From Gammaproteobacteria bacterium (GTDB lineage: Bacteria > Pseudomonadota > Gammaproteobacteria > DSM-19610), in the NCBI GenBank assembly GCA_036480335.1, contig JAZGGH010000106.1, positions 12,309 through 36,308 of the forward strand: a DNA stretch of 24,000 nucleotides. Reading direction: 5' to 3'. A program made the translations under genes and the position numbers. The notes under the pieces were generated by a model. That model made no database searches and had not been told where the DNA came from. It saw only the letters and a list, made by a program, of their open reading frames with translations. Of this stretch, positions 1-8,643 are shown one piece after another (within the stretch, counting starts at the first letter, position 1; every line of letters begins with the position of its first letter).

Positions 1-1
1 T

Positions 2-724
2 TTTCAGTTCTTCGAGATTGTGGCAAGAGGCAGCGCAGAGGCTAAAGTCGGGTCGTTTTCTGCATTGCATTAATTGCTGGCTGGGTAAGTGAATGCCATC
101 TGCGCCACTCAGGCGTGCCAGGTTTTCATTGCCATTTACCAGAACGCGAGCATTGAAATGATGTGCGCGTGCAATCAGTTTGCGGGTAAACGCCTGGTAA
201 TTGTCGTCTTGCATGCCCGATTCACGAATCTGAATCAGCCTGATGCCCTTTTCCAGAGCGGTTTCAAGCTTGTCCATAAAAACAGTAACACCCATTTTTT
301 CTGCGCAGGTGATGGCGTATACGTCAGGCAGGCTTAAATGCATCATCAGTTTTTCATTCGCGGGTAGCAGAGGTGAGATGCCTGCCTGGTTCGGATATTC
401 CCAGCTCAGATTTTGTCCTTCATTGCCAATAGGTTCATTTTCCCAGTTTGTTACGCGGAAAAAATGCAGATGGACTCGCCGATCAGGGTAATGATATTCA
501 AAATTCAGCCAGGGGTATGCATTCAGGATATGTATGCCCAATTCTTCATGCAGTTCACGTTTCAGCGCGGATGCAGGACTTTCTCCCTGTTCAATTTTGC
601 CACCAGGGAATTCCCAGTAGCCTTCCCAGGGTTTATCTGGAGGGCGTTGTGTCAGTAATACCTGGCCATTAGCCTGTATTAAAATGCCTGCGGAAACATG
701 GATGACTGGAGAATGACTATTCAT
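2..724 (-). CDS. Nudix hydrolase (MutT-like) fused to a ThiE/TenI-like domain; 3' end runs off the window
   Basis: Absent from the ORF track because there is no stop in the window. My translation from ATG 724-722 stays open to position 2: MNSHSPVIHVSAGILIQANGQVLLTQRPPDKPWEGYWEFPGGKIEQGESPASALKRELHEELGI... This contains a complete Nudix box (GX5EX7REUXEEXGU). The distal part (PDVYAITCAEKMG...IRLIQIRESG...GADGIHLPS...AASCHN) resembles the thiamine-phosphate-synthase-like domain fused to MutT in many proteobacteria. The + strand ORFs at 89-672 are its antisense shadows. Confidence 0.8.
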   Translation of the reverse strand, partial: MNSHSPVIHVSAGILIQANGQVLLTQRPPDKPWEGYWEFPGGKIEQGESPASALKRELHEELGIHILNAYPWLNFEYHYPDRRVHLHFFRVTNWENEPIGNEGQNLSWEYPNQAGISPLLPANEKLMMHLSLPDVYAITCAEKMGVTVFMDKLETALEKGIRLIQIRESGMQDDNYQAFTRKLIARAHHFNARVLVNGNENLARLSGADGIHLPSQQLMQCRKRPDFSLCAASCHNLEELK

Positions 725-730
725 CAGGAT

Positions 731-2218
731 TCAGGGCCATTGAGCCAGCCATGCCTGGCTGGCAGCGGCGGTGATATTCAGAATGCTGTCAGGCCAAAAG
801 CCCGGTAGCAAAATAAGGAGGGTGAGTATTGTAATCAGGAAGAGTTCTCTTGGTCGTAAATCCAGTGAATCCCTGATGACATCGTTGCTGACAGGCCCTA
901 AAAAGCTGCGCCGATAAATACGCAGAAAATACCCTGCGCCGAGGATGATGGCAAATAATGCCGCCAGACCTGCTCCCGTGTGTTTGGAAAGTGCGCTGAT
1001 GATCAGCAATAACTCGGCAGGAAACCCGTTGGTGCCGGGTACACCTATGCTGGCAAGTCCAAAGAAGAAATAAAAGCCTGCAAGTAAAGGCATGGCGGTA
1101 GCAATGCCGCCGAGTCGTATGATATCCGTTGATCCAATGCGGTGATGCAGGAAGCCGGTTAACAGGAAGAGGCCAGCGGAGACGGTGGTGAAATTCAGTA
1201 ATTGAAACAGCGCACCCTGTATACCATTGATGTTGAACGAAGCGATACCCAGCACCACAAGGCCAACGTGACTGATGCTGGAAAATGCCAGCATGCGGCG
1301 TAAGTTTGTCTGTGCCAGTGCCACCAGTGCGCCATAAAGGATACCCACCACGCCAAATCCGGCGAGTAACCAGTGGTATTCGGCAGCAGCCTGAGGTGCC
1401 AATGGCAGAGTAAAACGAATCAGGCCATAGACGCCAAGTTTTAAGCCGGTCATGATGGCGGCAATGGCTATCGGGCCTTCCATTGCAACGGTCGGCAGCC
1501 AGGTATGAAATGGAACCACAGGCACCTTGACGAGAAACCCGAGTAGCAGAAGGAAGAAAACCAGTTGCTGCATGTTAGCTGGCAGGTTCTCTGCTATTAG
1601 CACGGTGTAATCGAAGATTAAACCTTCCGGTATGCCACCACCATTGATGCTGGCATGATTGAATGCCAGCAACAGGAAGCCAAATAATAGAGGGATTCCA
1701 CCGGCCATCATAAACAGCGTGTATTTTACAGCAGCATAGCGTCTGTGTGGGCCTATGCCCCATAAACTGATCAGGAAGTAGATGGGGATCAATGTCAGTT
1801 CCCAGAAAAAGAAAAACAGCATCGTATCGAGCGCACAAAAAATGCCAAGTGTGGTACTTTCGAGCAACAGTAATAAAGTGTAGTAGAGGCGAGGCAGGAA
1901 GGTAACGCCGTTCCAGGAGGCGAGCAGAATAGCATTGAACAGTAAGACAGTCAGGGGCAGAAACAGGACGGAGATGCCATCAATACCTACGTGGTATTGA
2001 ATACCCAGGCTGGGAATCCAGCTGAGCCGTTCAACATACTGGAAGTTCGGGTTGCTACTGTCAAAGCCAAGCAATATGCCAAGCGCGAGAATCAGGTCGA
2101 CAACGGCGGTTGCCAGAGCAATCCAGCGCGAAAAACGTGCCGGAACAAGCCAGATCAGGGCTGCACCGATGGGTAGAGTGATCAGAATCAGGCTGATTAA
2201 AGGTAAACTGCTTAGCAT
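731..2218 (-). CDS. NuoM/NuoN/MrpD-class proton-antiporter-like membrane subunit (paralog 3, last gene of the DAB-type operon)
   Basis: 495-aa polytopic protein. Family signatures are visible: FFFFWELTLIPIYFLISLWG (TM5 Glu), GFLVKVPVVPFHTWLPTVAMEGP (TM7 Lys), GLKLGVYGLIRF (TM8 Lys) and GTNGFPAELLLI (TM12 Glu). It shares a strand with the upstream paralog and starts 23 nt after that gene's stop. Confidence 0.85.
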   Translation of the reverse strand: MLSSLPLISLILITLPIGAALIWLVPARFSRWIALATAVVDLILALGILLGFDSSNPNFQYVERLSWIPSLGIQYHVGIDGISVLFLPLTVLLFNAILLASWNGVTFLPRLYYTLLLLLESTTLGIFCALDTMLFFFFWELTLIPIYFLISLWGIGPHRRYAAVKYTLFMMAGGIPLLFGFLLLAFNHASINGGGIPEGLIFDYTVLIAENLPANMQQLVFFLLLLGFLVKVPVVPFHTWLPTVAMEGPIAIAAIMTGLKLGVYGLIRFTLPLAPQAAAEYHWLLAGFGVVGILYGALVALAQTNLRRMLAFSSISHVGLVVLGIASFNINGIQGALFQLLNFTTVSAGLFLLTGFLHHRIGSTDIIRLGGIATAMPLLAGFYFFFGLASIGVPGTNGFPAELLLIISALSKHTGAGLAALFAIILGAGYFLRIYRRSFLGPVSNDVIRDSLDLRPRELFLITILTLLILLPGFWPDSILNITAAASQAWLAQWP

Positions 2219-2241
2219 GAGAAGGATATTCCGTTACGCAT

Positions 2242-3789
2242 CTATTTCGGACTGACAGGGCTGTCTGTGTGTATTTCCGGTGTTGCATAAATCATTTCGA
2301 GGCTGTCCAGAGAAGGTTCGATCAGTTTCAGCCAGGGTTCTGAGTAGAATCCTGCGCCCAGTAATATCAGAATAATGGTGATTGCCAGAATGCGTTCCAT
2401 AAAGGTGGCTGGCTCCAGTTCTTTTTTGCGTGGTTCTATCTGAGGTGGAGACAGGAAGGCGCGCTGGAAGGACCACAACAGGAAACCTGCTGCAGCAACA
2501 TTGCCGAGGGCTGCTGCAATAGTGACTAAAGCCCCAAAGCGTTTGATGGAGGCTTCCATCATTAAATGTGCTGCATCAAATCCGGGCGTGCCCGGCATAC
2601 CGATAATTGAAAGGCCGGCAATCAGGAAGGCGGTGCCAATAAACGGGAATTGTTCAAACAGGTTCCCCAGTCGCGGCAGTGATAACGTATGGGTGCGGCG
2701 GTATATAAGCCCGGTCATAAACAGGAGCCCGGCGGTAGCCAGTCCGAAATTCACAGAGAGTAGAATACTGCCCTGAAAGCCCAGTTTATTCAGGGTAAAT
2801 AAACCGATAACGATGATGCTTGTATGACTGACGACCGCGTATGCCAGTAGACGGCGCATGTTTGTCTGTATTATTGCGAGTAAAGCAGCATAGAAAATAC
2901 CGATGACGGCAAAGGCGACTACCCATTCATCCCAGAGTTTGATGGCATCGGGCACCAGCGGAAAAACAAAACGGACTAATCCGTAGATGCCTGTTTTTAG
3001 TCCGAGCAGAAAGACGCCGGCGACGGCGACAGTGCCATGCTCGGCCATGACAGGCAGCCAGCCATGCAGTGGAAACAGAGGGATGCGAATCGCCAGTCCA
3101 TAAAACAGGAGAAAGAAAATACTCACGGAGAGAGATTCCGGAAGGGGTTCATTTATCAGGCTTTGCAGTTCAAATGACCAGATGCCGTTATGTGCATCGG
3201 CATAGTTCCAGCCAAGGATAAAGACGCCTGTGAATAACAGGGCTAAACCGGTACCCATGAATTGCAGATAGCGTTGCCGGGCAAGGTCTTCCTTCGGTGC
3301 GTTTGCCCAGGCTTTGAGAATGAAAGCGATTAATATCAGTTCAACTGTTGAAAGCAGCGAGAACCATAATAAATTCTGCGTGCAGAAAAGGCTTTGTAAC
3401 GAGGCTTCGATGGCGAACACAACCGCAATGAATTTTGAATATGGATGGATTTTTCGTATATGTCCATAAAGCACAATCAGCAAGGTAATGATGGTAGTCA
3501 TAAGCATGAATAGAACGGACATACCATCAACGGCTGCATGATAAATAACAGGAGGCAACAGGTCGAAGCGTTCTGATAATTGCAGAGCACTGGTCTTGCC
3601 TTCCAGTGTGTAGTACAGATTAATGGCAATCATTAACTCAGCGATGGAAAAACCAATGGCAGTGGCTAACAGAAGGCGGGAATGTCGCAGCAACAGAACC
3701 ATGCCAAGCGCAACCAGTGGCAATAATTGCAAGGTAGCCAGGATAGGGTATGCGGATTGTGCTGACCAGTGAAGTTCAGGGATGCTCAT
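2242..3789 (-). CDS. Divergent NuoM/MrpD-like membrane subunit (paralog 2) with substitutions at canonical charged residues
   Basis: 515-aa polytopic protein with the family core IPLFPLHGWLPVMAEHGT...GLKTGIYGLVRF. In a by-eye alignment the TM7 Lys is Arg (LAIRIP), the TM5 FWE motif reads LLSTVE, and the TM12 GFxAE reads GFDAAH. The start ATG shares 1 nt with the dabB stop (TAATG, 3787-3791). Confidence 0.8.
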   Translation of the reverse strand: MSIPELHWSAQSAYPILATLQLLPLVALGMVLLLRHSRLLLATAIGFSIAELMIAINLYYTLEGKTSALQLSERFDLLPPVIYHAAVDGMSVLFMLMTTIITLLIVLYGHIRKIHPYSKFIAVVFAIEASLQSLFCTQNLLWFSLLSTVELILIAFILKAWANAPKEDLARQRYLQFMGTGLALLFTGVFILGWNYADAHNGIWSFELQSLINEPLPESLSVSIFFLLFYGLAIRIPLFPLHGWLPVMAEHGTVAVAGVFLLGLKTGIYGLVRFVFPLVPDAIKLWDEWVVAFAVIGIFYAALLAIIQTNMRRLLAYAVVSHTSIIVIGLFTLNKLGFQGSILLSVNFGLATAGLLFMTGLIYRRTHTLSLPRLGNLFEQFPFIGTAFLIAGLSIIGMPGTPGFDAAHLMMEASIKRFGALVTIAAALGNVAAAGFLLWSFQRAFLSPPQIEPRKKELEPATFMERILAITIILILLGAGFYSEPWLKLIEPSLDSLEMIYATPEIHTDSPVSPK

Positions 3790-5357
3790 TACAGAATAAC
3801 CACAAAAGTGAGGAGTAACATTAACAGCAGGTAGCGTGGCCGGCTGAGCATTTCGTCAACCCTGGTGAGTACTTCTCCGAGACGAATAACGGCATGCAGG
3901 ATGCCGTCATCGCCACCTTTCAATACCAGATGCTCTTCAAACCAGTGCAGCAGTGATGCGATCCATTCCATCAGTTTGCCCAGTAAACCGCGACCACGAC
4001 CGATGTCTCCGGAATCGCCGTCCAGTTGCATGCTGTGTGTGCTTTTTTGTTTTTCCCATTGCGCCAGTGATGAGACAGCGCCAATTGAGCCAGGCAAACC
4101 CACCAGTCGATTAACAACCTGCTGGTCGAAGGCTTGTGCATCGCGGGCGAGTGCAAGTGTCGGTTTTACAAATAGCCAGTCAGTTATCTGTTCCAGCCAG
4201 AAACGTTGCAGGGCTGCGGTGTAAAGCTGACGACGTTTTTGAATCCAGGCAGGTACGAAGCGGGTGTGTCCATTCAGTAAATGCATCATGGCGGGTGCGC
4301 TGAGGAAGTGATAGGCGCGCCAGATAGCATGTGCGACAAGATGCCAGAGTGCAAATTCAAACCAGCCCAGCCCACAGGCAAGAAACATCAGTCCGGTCTG
4401 ACCGGTGGTCGAAAACATTAATGCACTTTTGACATCCGTTTGTACCAGGCTGCCAATAAATCCGTAGAGTGCGGTGGCTGCGCCAATGATGGCGATCATC
4501 CACATAAGTTCAGGGGTGTGCATCAATAAAGGTTGCATGCGTATCAGTAGGAAAACGCCGGCATGCACCATCAAAGAGCCATAAAAAATAGCACTTGAGG
4601 GGGTTGGTCCTTCCAGTGATCGTGCAATCCAGGGAGAAAACGGGATTTGCGCTGACTTGGCCATGGCTGCCAACAATAATCCTGAAGCAATCAGTCCGGA
4701 ATGAAGGCTATCCAGAACGCCTGTATGGATAAAGATATCCGGCCATTCTGTACTGTTTATCCAGAAGAAAGATAAAATGATGGCGAGTAAAAAGCCGGTA
4801 TCACCTATTTTGTTAGTCACAAATGCCCGAGTAGCATTGTCTGCGGCGGTGGTGCGTTCATGCGAGTAGGCAATCAGTAAATACGAACAAACGCCAGCAA
4901 GTTCCCAGCCGACAAACATCAGCAGGGTATTGCCGGCCATAACAATCAGCAGCATGGCGGCAGTAAAGAGGCTCATGATCATGAAAAAACGTGGGTAACC
5001 TGCTTCACGATGTAGATAGTTGACCGAGAAATGCAGCGTGATCAGAGACAGCAGGCTGACCAGATGCGCCATAATGAGCCCGGGAGTGTCCAGCAAAAAA
5101 CTGATGTTGATATGATAGTCGCCACTATGAAACCAGGTGAATACCTGAATATACCCCGGCAGTTTCCCGTTTATCAGGGCAAATAGGTCGGCGTACAGGA
5201 GTATTAGAAAAGACAGGGTAGCGGCACTCAGGGCAATGCGCCGGGTTTGCCGTTCACCGGCTTCATCCCGGTTGCTTCCAGAAACATAGCCTGCGGCAAT
5301 CATTAATGCGGCAAGCAGCGGCAGTGCTGGTACACATGCGATAATCCAGTCAGGCAT
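3789..5357 (-). CDS. dabB: DabB: NuoL/MrpA-like membrane subunit of a DAB-type CO2 uptake complex
   Basis: NuoL-class motifs are VGWELAGVCSYLLIAY and AAMAKSAQIPFSPWIARSLEGPTPSSAIFYGSLMVHAGVFLLIRM. It lies immediately downstream of the DUF2309 gene. I place the start at ATG 5357 (MPDWIIACVPALP..., 522 aa) rather than the track's 5444, because the longer ORF would overlap 95 nt of dabA. The chosen ATG sits in ATGCCTGA, an 8-nt overlap with the dabA stop. Confidence 0.8.
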   Translation of the reverse strand: MPDWIIACVPALPLLAALMIAAGYVSGSNRDEAGERQTRRIALSAATLSFLILLYADLFALINGKLPGYIQVFTWFHSGDYHINISFLLDTPGLIMAHLVSLLSLITLHFSVNYLHREAGYPRFFMIMSLFTAAMLLIVMAGNTLLMFVGWELAGVCSYLLIAYSHERTTAADNATRAFVTNKIGDTGFLLAIILSFFWINSTEWPDIFIHTGVLDSLHSGLIASGLLLAAMAKSAQIPFSPWIARSLEGPTPSSAIFYGSLMVHAGVFLLIRMQPLLMHTPELMWMIAIIGAATALYGFIGSLVQTDVKSALMFSTTGQTGLMFLACGLGWFEFALWHLVAHAIWRAYHFLSAPAMMHLLNGHTRFVPAWIQKRRQLYTAALQRFWLEQITDWLFVKPTLALARDAQAFDQQVVNRLVGLPGSIGAVSSLAQWEKQKSTHSMQLDGDSGDIGRGRGLLGKLMEWIASLLHWFEEHLVLKGGDDGILHAVIRLGEVLTRVDEMLSRPRYLLLMLLLTFVVIL

Positions 5358-8300
5358 GTTTGACCGCCGAATTCTGTTGATCGATGAGAGCAGGGGGCAG
5401 TGGCTCAGTATGTCCTTTGTACCAATCTTCAGAGTTGGAAACACGGGTTAAAGGCGTGTTTTCATGTTCCCAGGGAATGAATCCTTCTCCCGGTTTAAAG
5501 ACACTGATTTTGCCTGTTTCAGGATGAATCGCGCTGAGTAATAACCAGCCGTTGCCGACCAGTTGTTGCAGGGGCGGTTGGCGCATATAGATTTTTGTCA
5601 GGGTTTCTTCTGTGGCTTCAACGAGTACCTGTAAGCGCATGGCTTCGTGAATTTCTATCATTTGTTTGGGTAAGCCAGTGCGCAAATCGCTGGATGTTCC
5701 CTGCATGACGCCGAGCAGCCCTGTGACATTATGCGTGACTTTGGAGCCGCAGCCATACTGGTCGTTATTCACCGCCGAGAAATAATATTCGAGGTTGATG
5801 CCGGCGCCAACCGGACCGGCTGTTAATAAGATATTCTCGACAATGCTGCCGTCCGGGTCATAGGCCGGATCGTATGAAATCAGAAACACTCGCCGATCAA
5901 AAAATGCGCTCTGGCTGATGGAGCGCCGACCGATAATGGCGGCAGCATTGGTGGCATGCCCCAGTTCAGGCCGAGCCTGACTAAAATCTTTGCTGCGAGC
6001 GTAGATATGTCTCAACGCTTTTGTTCTGGAATCCCCTTTGGGCGCAGATGCCAGTCGGCGTGAGCGTTCATGTGCAGAACCCAGTGTGGCGATGTACAGA
6101 CCTTTTTGCAGATGGGTAAAGTTTTCCTGCAGCGATGCGGGTATCTGATCGCGGTCATACCAGATGATGTTTTCGTCACAAGTATTATGCTCTGCGCCCA
6201 GCACCCAGGTATCGTCTGGAATATCGATACCGCGTTCGCGCAACAAACGACGAATCGCAGGACGGTTTGCGATGGCGGCAAAAGCGCGAGCATTGGGCCC
6301 ACCATGCCGACCGCTACAGGCGCCGCAATCATAGGCGGCCAGATGGGGATTGTTTTCACTGATGGAGCCATGGCCCATCATGACAACAAAGGGAGCCAGT
6401 GTATGCTGCAGACCGATGGTGCGCAGAAAGCGTTCAATATGGTCTGCCTGCTCTATATCGGTTAAACCAACACGGGGTGTTTCGGGTGTTGCCGGTTTAT
6501 CAGGCTGCTCTGTATTGATCGTGATTTCTGTTGCTACCGGCACACTCAGGGTTTTGCGTTTGTTTTCCAGCCAGCGACCAAATCGGCTATACACCCAGGT
6601 TTTTGATGTCAGTACGGCGAGTGTAACCGGTGCATTTATTAGCACCAGACAGGTGGTTACGAGGAGATTACGGCGTGTTTCCTGGAAAACCAGATTCTGC
6701 AGCTTTTGTCCTGTTGAGAGGCGCTGTTTGCGTTTTTGCAACAGCGCTTCCTGGTGTGGTTGTGGGTGTTCCTGTATTTCATAGGAAGGTGTGGCAACCA
6801 CAGGGCACAGCGGGGTGATTTGTTCATCGTCCAGGCCCAGCCAGTTAATCGGCAAACCAAAAAACCCGCCTGCGCCGAGGGTTTCAATGTCCGGGTTATG
6901 CTCTTCCAAATGTCGCCGCATGCCTTCTTCGCGGTCATCCATGCAGAAAACGATTTGTGCATCGGGTCGTTTATCGCGTGTTTTCCAGAGCCCGCGGCCA
7001 TGATTTTGTATCACGGCATTGAATAACTGATCACGATAATGTCGTTCGTATGCCTGTAGCCAGATAAAGCTGGCCTGATGTTTATCCATGGCTTTAAGGC
7101 AATTAAATATCCTGTCAATCTGGGTTATATCCAGCTTGCGTATTTCAGCATCACTTAAGCCCAGATGTTGTGACAGGCGGAATAGTGGCCAGGCGCTATT
7201 GAACAAATTGTAGCTGCTCGGGTTGCCATTCGATGTGCTGTGTTGCCAGGTCCAGATGAGGTGTGCAAGGTGCCACCATTGCTGTTCATCCGGTGTGCAG
7301 ATGTCAGAACAGTTGAGGTGGTTTTGCGCCAGTGTTGATAAGTATTCGGGCAAGTGTTGGTTATAAAAATTTTGCCGCACCATGAATTCAGCCAGATGGT
7401 GTTTGAAGTACCAGCGAATCACATCAATACTGGCTTCGATCTGCCATAAATTCCGACACAGTCGCTGAGCAAACAGCCGCTCCAGCACCAGTCGCACGGC
7501 AAGATAATCCATCATGTTGACATTGACGTTTGTCAGGCCGTCATAGCCTGGACGGTTATGTCGCCACAGAAACATGCCCGACCATCCCGGTAGCTCAAGC
7601 GCCAGACGTTGCAGGTAGCTTTCCCATTTGCCTTCATCAATTCCGAGCCAGCGTAATTCGATAACAACCGTATCAAAAGCGTCTTCAGGCAAAGCATCTA
7701 GCGTATCTGCCCAATCCGGAAAATCATCAAAAACGCTTGTCTTATCAAACACAGCGCTCTTGCGCCAGAAAGTGTAGAAGCCTTCCTCTCTGCCCGGACC
7801 TGGCCAGGCAGAAAATCCCTGGTCAAGAAAGGCGGCCATATAACGGATCAGTAGTGGCCGCATTTGTTCCAGCAAATCTTCGCCGGTGAGTTTTTTTAGC
7901 ATGCCTTCCAGCGTGAGTTTCTCACCAATTTGACTGAATAATTTATCCATATCACGACGTGCATGTTTGCGGATGAGAAAGTCAATGACAGGCTGATCAT
8001 CAGGGTGATCATCATTTGCCAGCGTTTGTGACAACATGCTTTCAGCTTTTTCCGGTGTCAGGTCAAGCATGTCTTCCGGGTGGGCGATGAAATGATCCAG
8101 ACCCAGTATGTGCAGGCAGGCTGACCATAAATCAAAAATAGCCTGGTGTTCGTTCAGATCAGCTGTTTTCAGCAGGCGTTCGCGCGCAATGCTGTCAATG
8201 TCAGGCTGAAAGGCATGCAGCGCATTCAGTTCACCAAGCTGCCAGTTAATCTGGCATCCGGTGACCGGTTTAATCGGATGTAACAGCCGAGCGAGATAAA

Positions 8301-8643
8301 TATCTGCCTGGGAAATATCGCGGTCTGCTGCTTTGAAAATAATATCGCTGGCTTTGAGGTTGGCTGTTTCGTCAAGTGTTGTGCGCAGCTCGTCAAGTGT
8401 GATACGTCCCTGTTTGAATAAAGCGCGAAATCGGGTTTGTGGCAGATAGCCAAAATTGCCGGTGATCTCGCAGGCTTTTTCCACCGCTTCGGCGAAAGGC
8501 AGATGTTCAAATCCATGCAGGGTATTGTGATGAACGAAGTCTTTGATGGCTGCCTGCCCAGGCAGCACATGCTCCATATGTTGAATAGCACCACGTAAGC
8601 GCTGCAGTATTTCTTCGCGCGGACTGTGAGTCTTTCTAATCAT
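5350..8643 (-). CDS. dabA: DabA (DUF2309 family): beta-carbonic-anhydrase-like catalytic subunit of a DAB-type CO2 uptake complex
   Basis: 1097 aa, with an N-terminus (AIKDFVHHNTLHGFEHLPF) typical of DUF2309. A beta-CA-like metal site is visible: FCMDDRE (Cys567/Asp569/Arg571, nt 6931-6945) and MGHGS...YDCGACSG (His758 at nt 6370-6372, Cys773 at nt 6325-6327). The His-to-Cys spacing of 15 matches what I recall for Halothiobacillus DabA (C351, D353, H524, C539). The gene is translationally coupled to a NuoL-like gene. Confidence 0.85.
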   Translation of the reverse strand: MIRKTHSPREEILQRLRGAIQHMEHVLPGQAAIKDFVHHNTLHGFEHLPFAEAVEKACEITGNFGYLPQTRFRALFKQGRITLDELRTTLDETANLKASDIIFKAADRDISQADIYLARLLHPIKPVTGCQINWQLGELNALHAFQPDIDSIARERLLKTADLNEHQAIFDLWSACLHILGLDHFIAHPEDMLDLTPEKAESMLSQTLANDDHPDDQPVIDFLIRKHARRDMDKLFSQIGEKLTLEGMLKKLTGEDLLEQMRPLLIRYMAAFLDQGFSAWPGPGREEGFYTFWRKSAVFDKTSVFDDFPDWADTLDALPEDAFDTVVIELRWLGIDEGKWESYLQRLALELPGWSGMFLWRHNRPGYDGLTNVNVNMMDYLAVRLVLERLFAQRLCRNLWQIEASIDVIRWYFKHHLAEFMVRQNFYNQHLPEYLSTLAQNHLNCSDICTPDEQQWWHLAHLIWTWQHSTSNGNPSSYNLFNSAWPLFRLSQHLGLSDAEIRKLDITQIDRIFNCLKAMDKHQASFIWLQAYERHYRDQLFNAVIQNHGRGLWKTRDKRPDAQIVFCMDDREEGMRRHLEEHNPDIETLGAGGFFGLPINWLGLDDEQITPLCPVVATPSYEIQEHPQPHQEALLQKRKQRLSTGQKLQNLVFQETRRNLLVTTCLVLINAPVTLAVLTSKTWVYSRFGRWLENKRKTLSVPVATEITINTEQPDKPATPETPRVGLTDIEQADHIERFLRTIGLQHTLAPFVVMMGHGSISENNPHLAAYDCGACSGRHGGPNARAFAAIANRPAIRRLLRERGIDIPDDTWVLGAEHNTCDENIIWYDRDQIPASLQENFTHLQKGLYIATLGSAHERSRRLASAPKGDSRTKALRHIYARSKDFSQARPELGHATNAAAIIGRRSISQSAFFDRRVFLISYDPAYDPDGSIVENILLTAGPVGAGINLEYYFSAVNNDQYGCGSKVTHNVTGLLGVMQGTSSDLRTGLPKQMIEIHEAMRLQVLVEATEETLTKIYMRQPPLQQLVGNGWLLLSAIHPETGKISVFKPGEGFIPWEHENTPLTRVSNSEDWYKGHTEPLPPALIDQQNSAVKHA

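Noticed and set aside
89-672. Four overlapping + strand ORFs (74-82 aa) at the left edge
   Set aside because: They are antisense to a continuous, motif-bearing Nudix/ThiE-like reading frame on the - strand. They lack RBSs and have low-complexity, Cys/Arg-rich translations.
725-730. The MutT-like gene as a functional sixth member of the DAB operon, since only 6 nt separate it from the last nuoM-like stop
   Set aside because: Co-transcription is plausible. The product, however, is a housekeeping-type Nudix/ThiE-like fusion with no evident link to carbon uptake, and no clear RBS precedes it.
5358-5444. 29-codon N-terminal extension of the dabB ORF given by the track
   Set aside because: It would overlap 95 nt of dabA in another frame. 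The internal ATG at 5357 gives a normal hydrophobic N-terminus and a typical coupled junction.
6012-7026. Cluster of 62-144 aa ORFs on both strands inside dabA, with similar shadows in the nuoM-like, cbbL, cbbO and cbbR genes
   Set aside because: They are entirely nested in long, motif-supported genes. They are typical out-of-frame or antisense shadows and give no independent signal.
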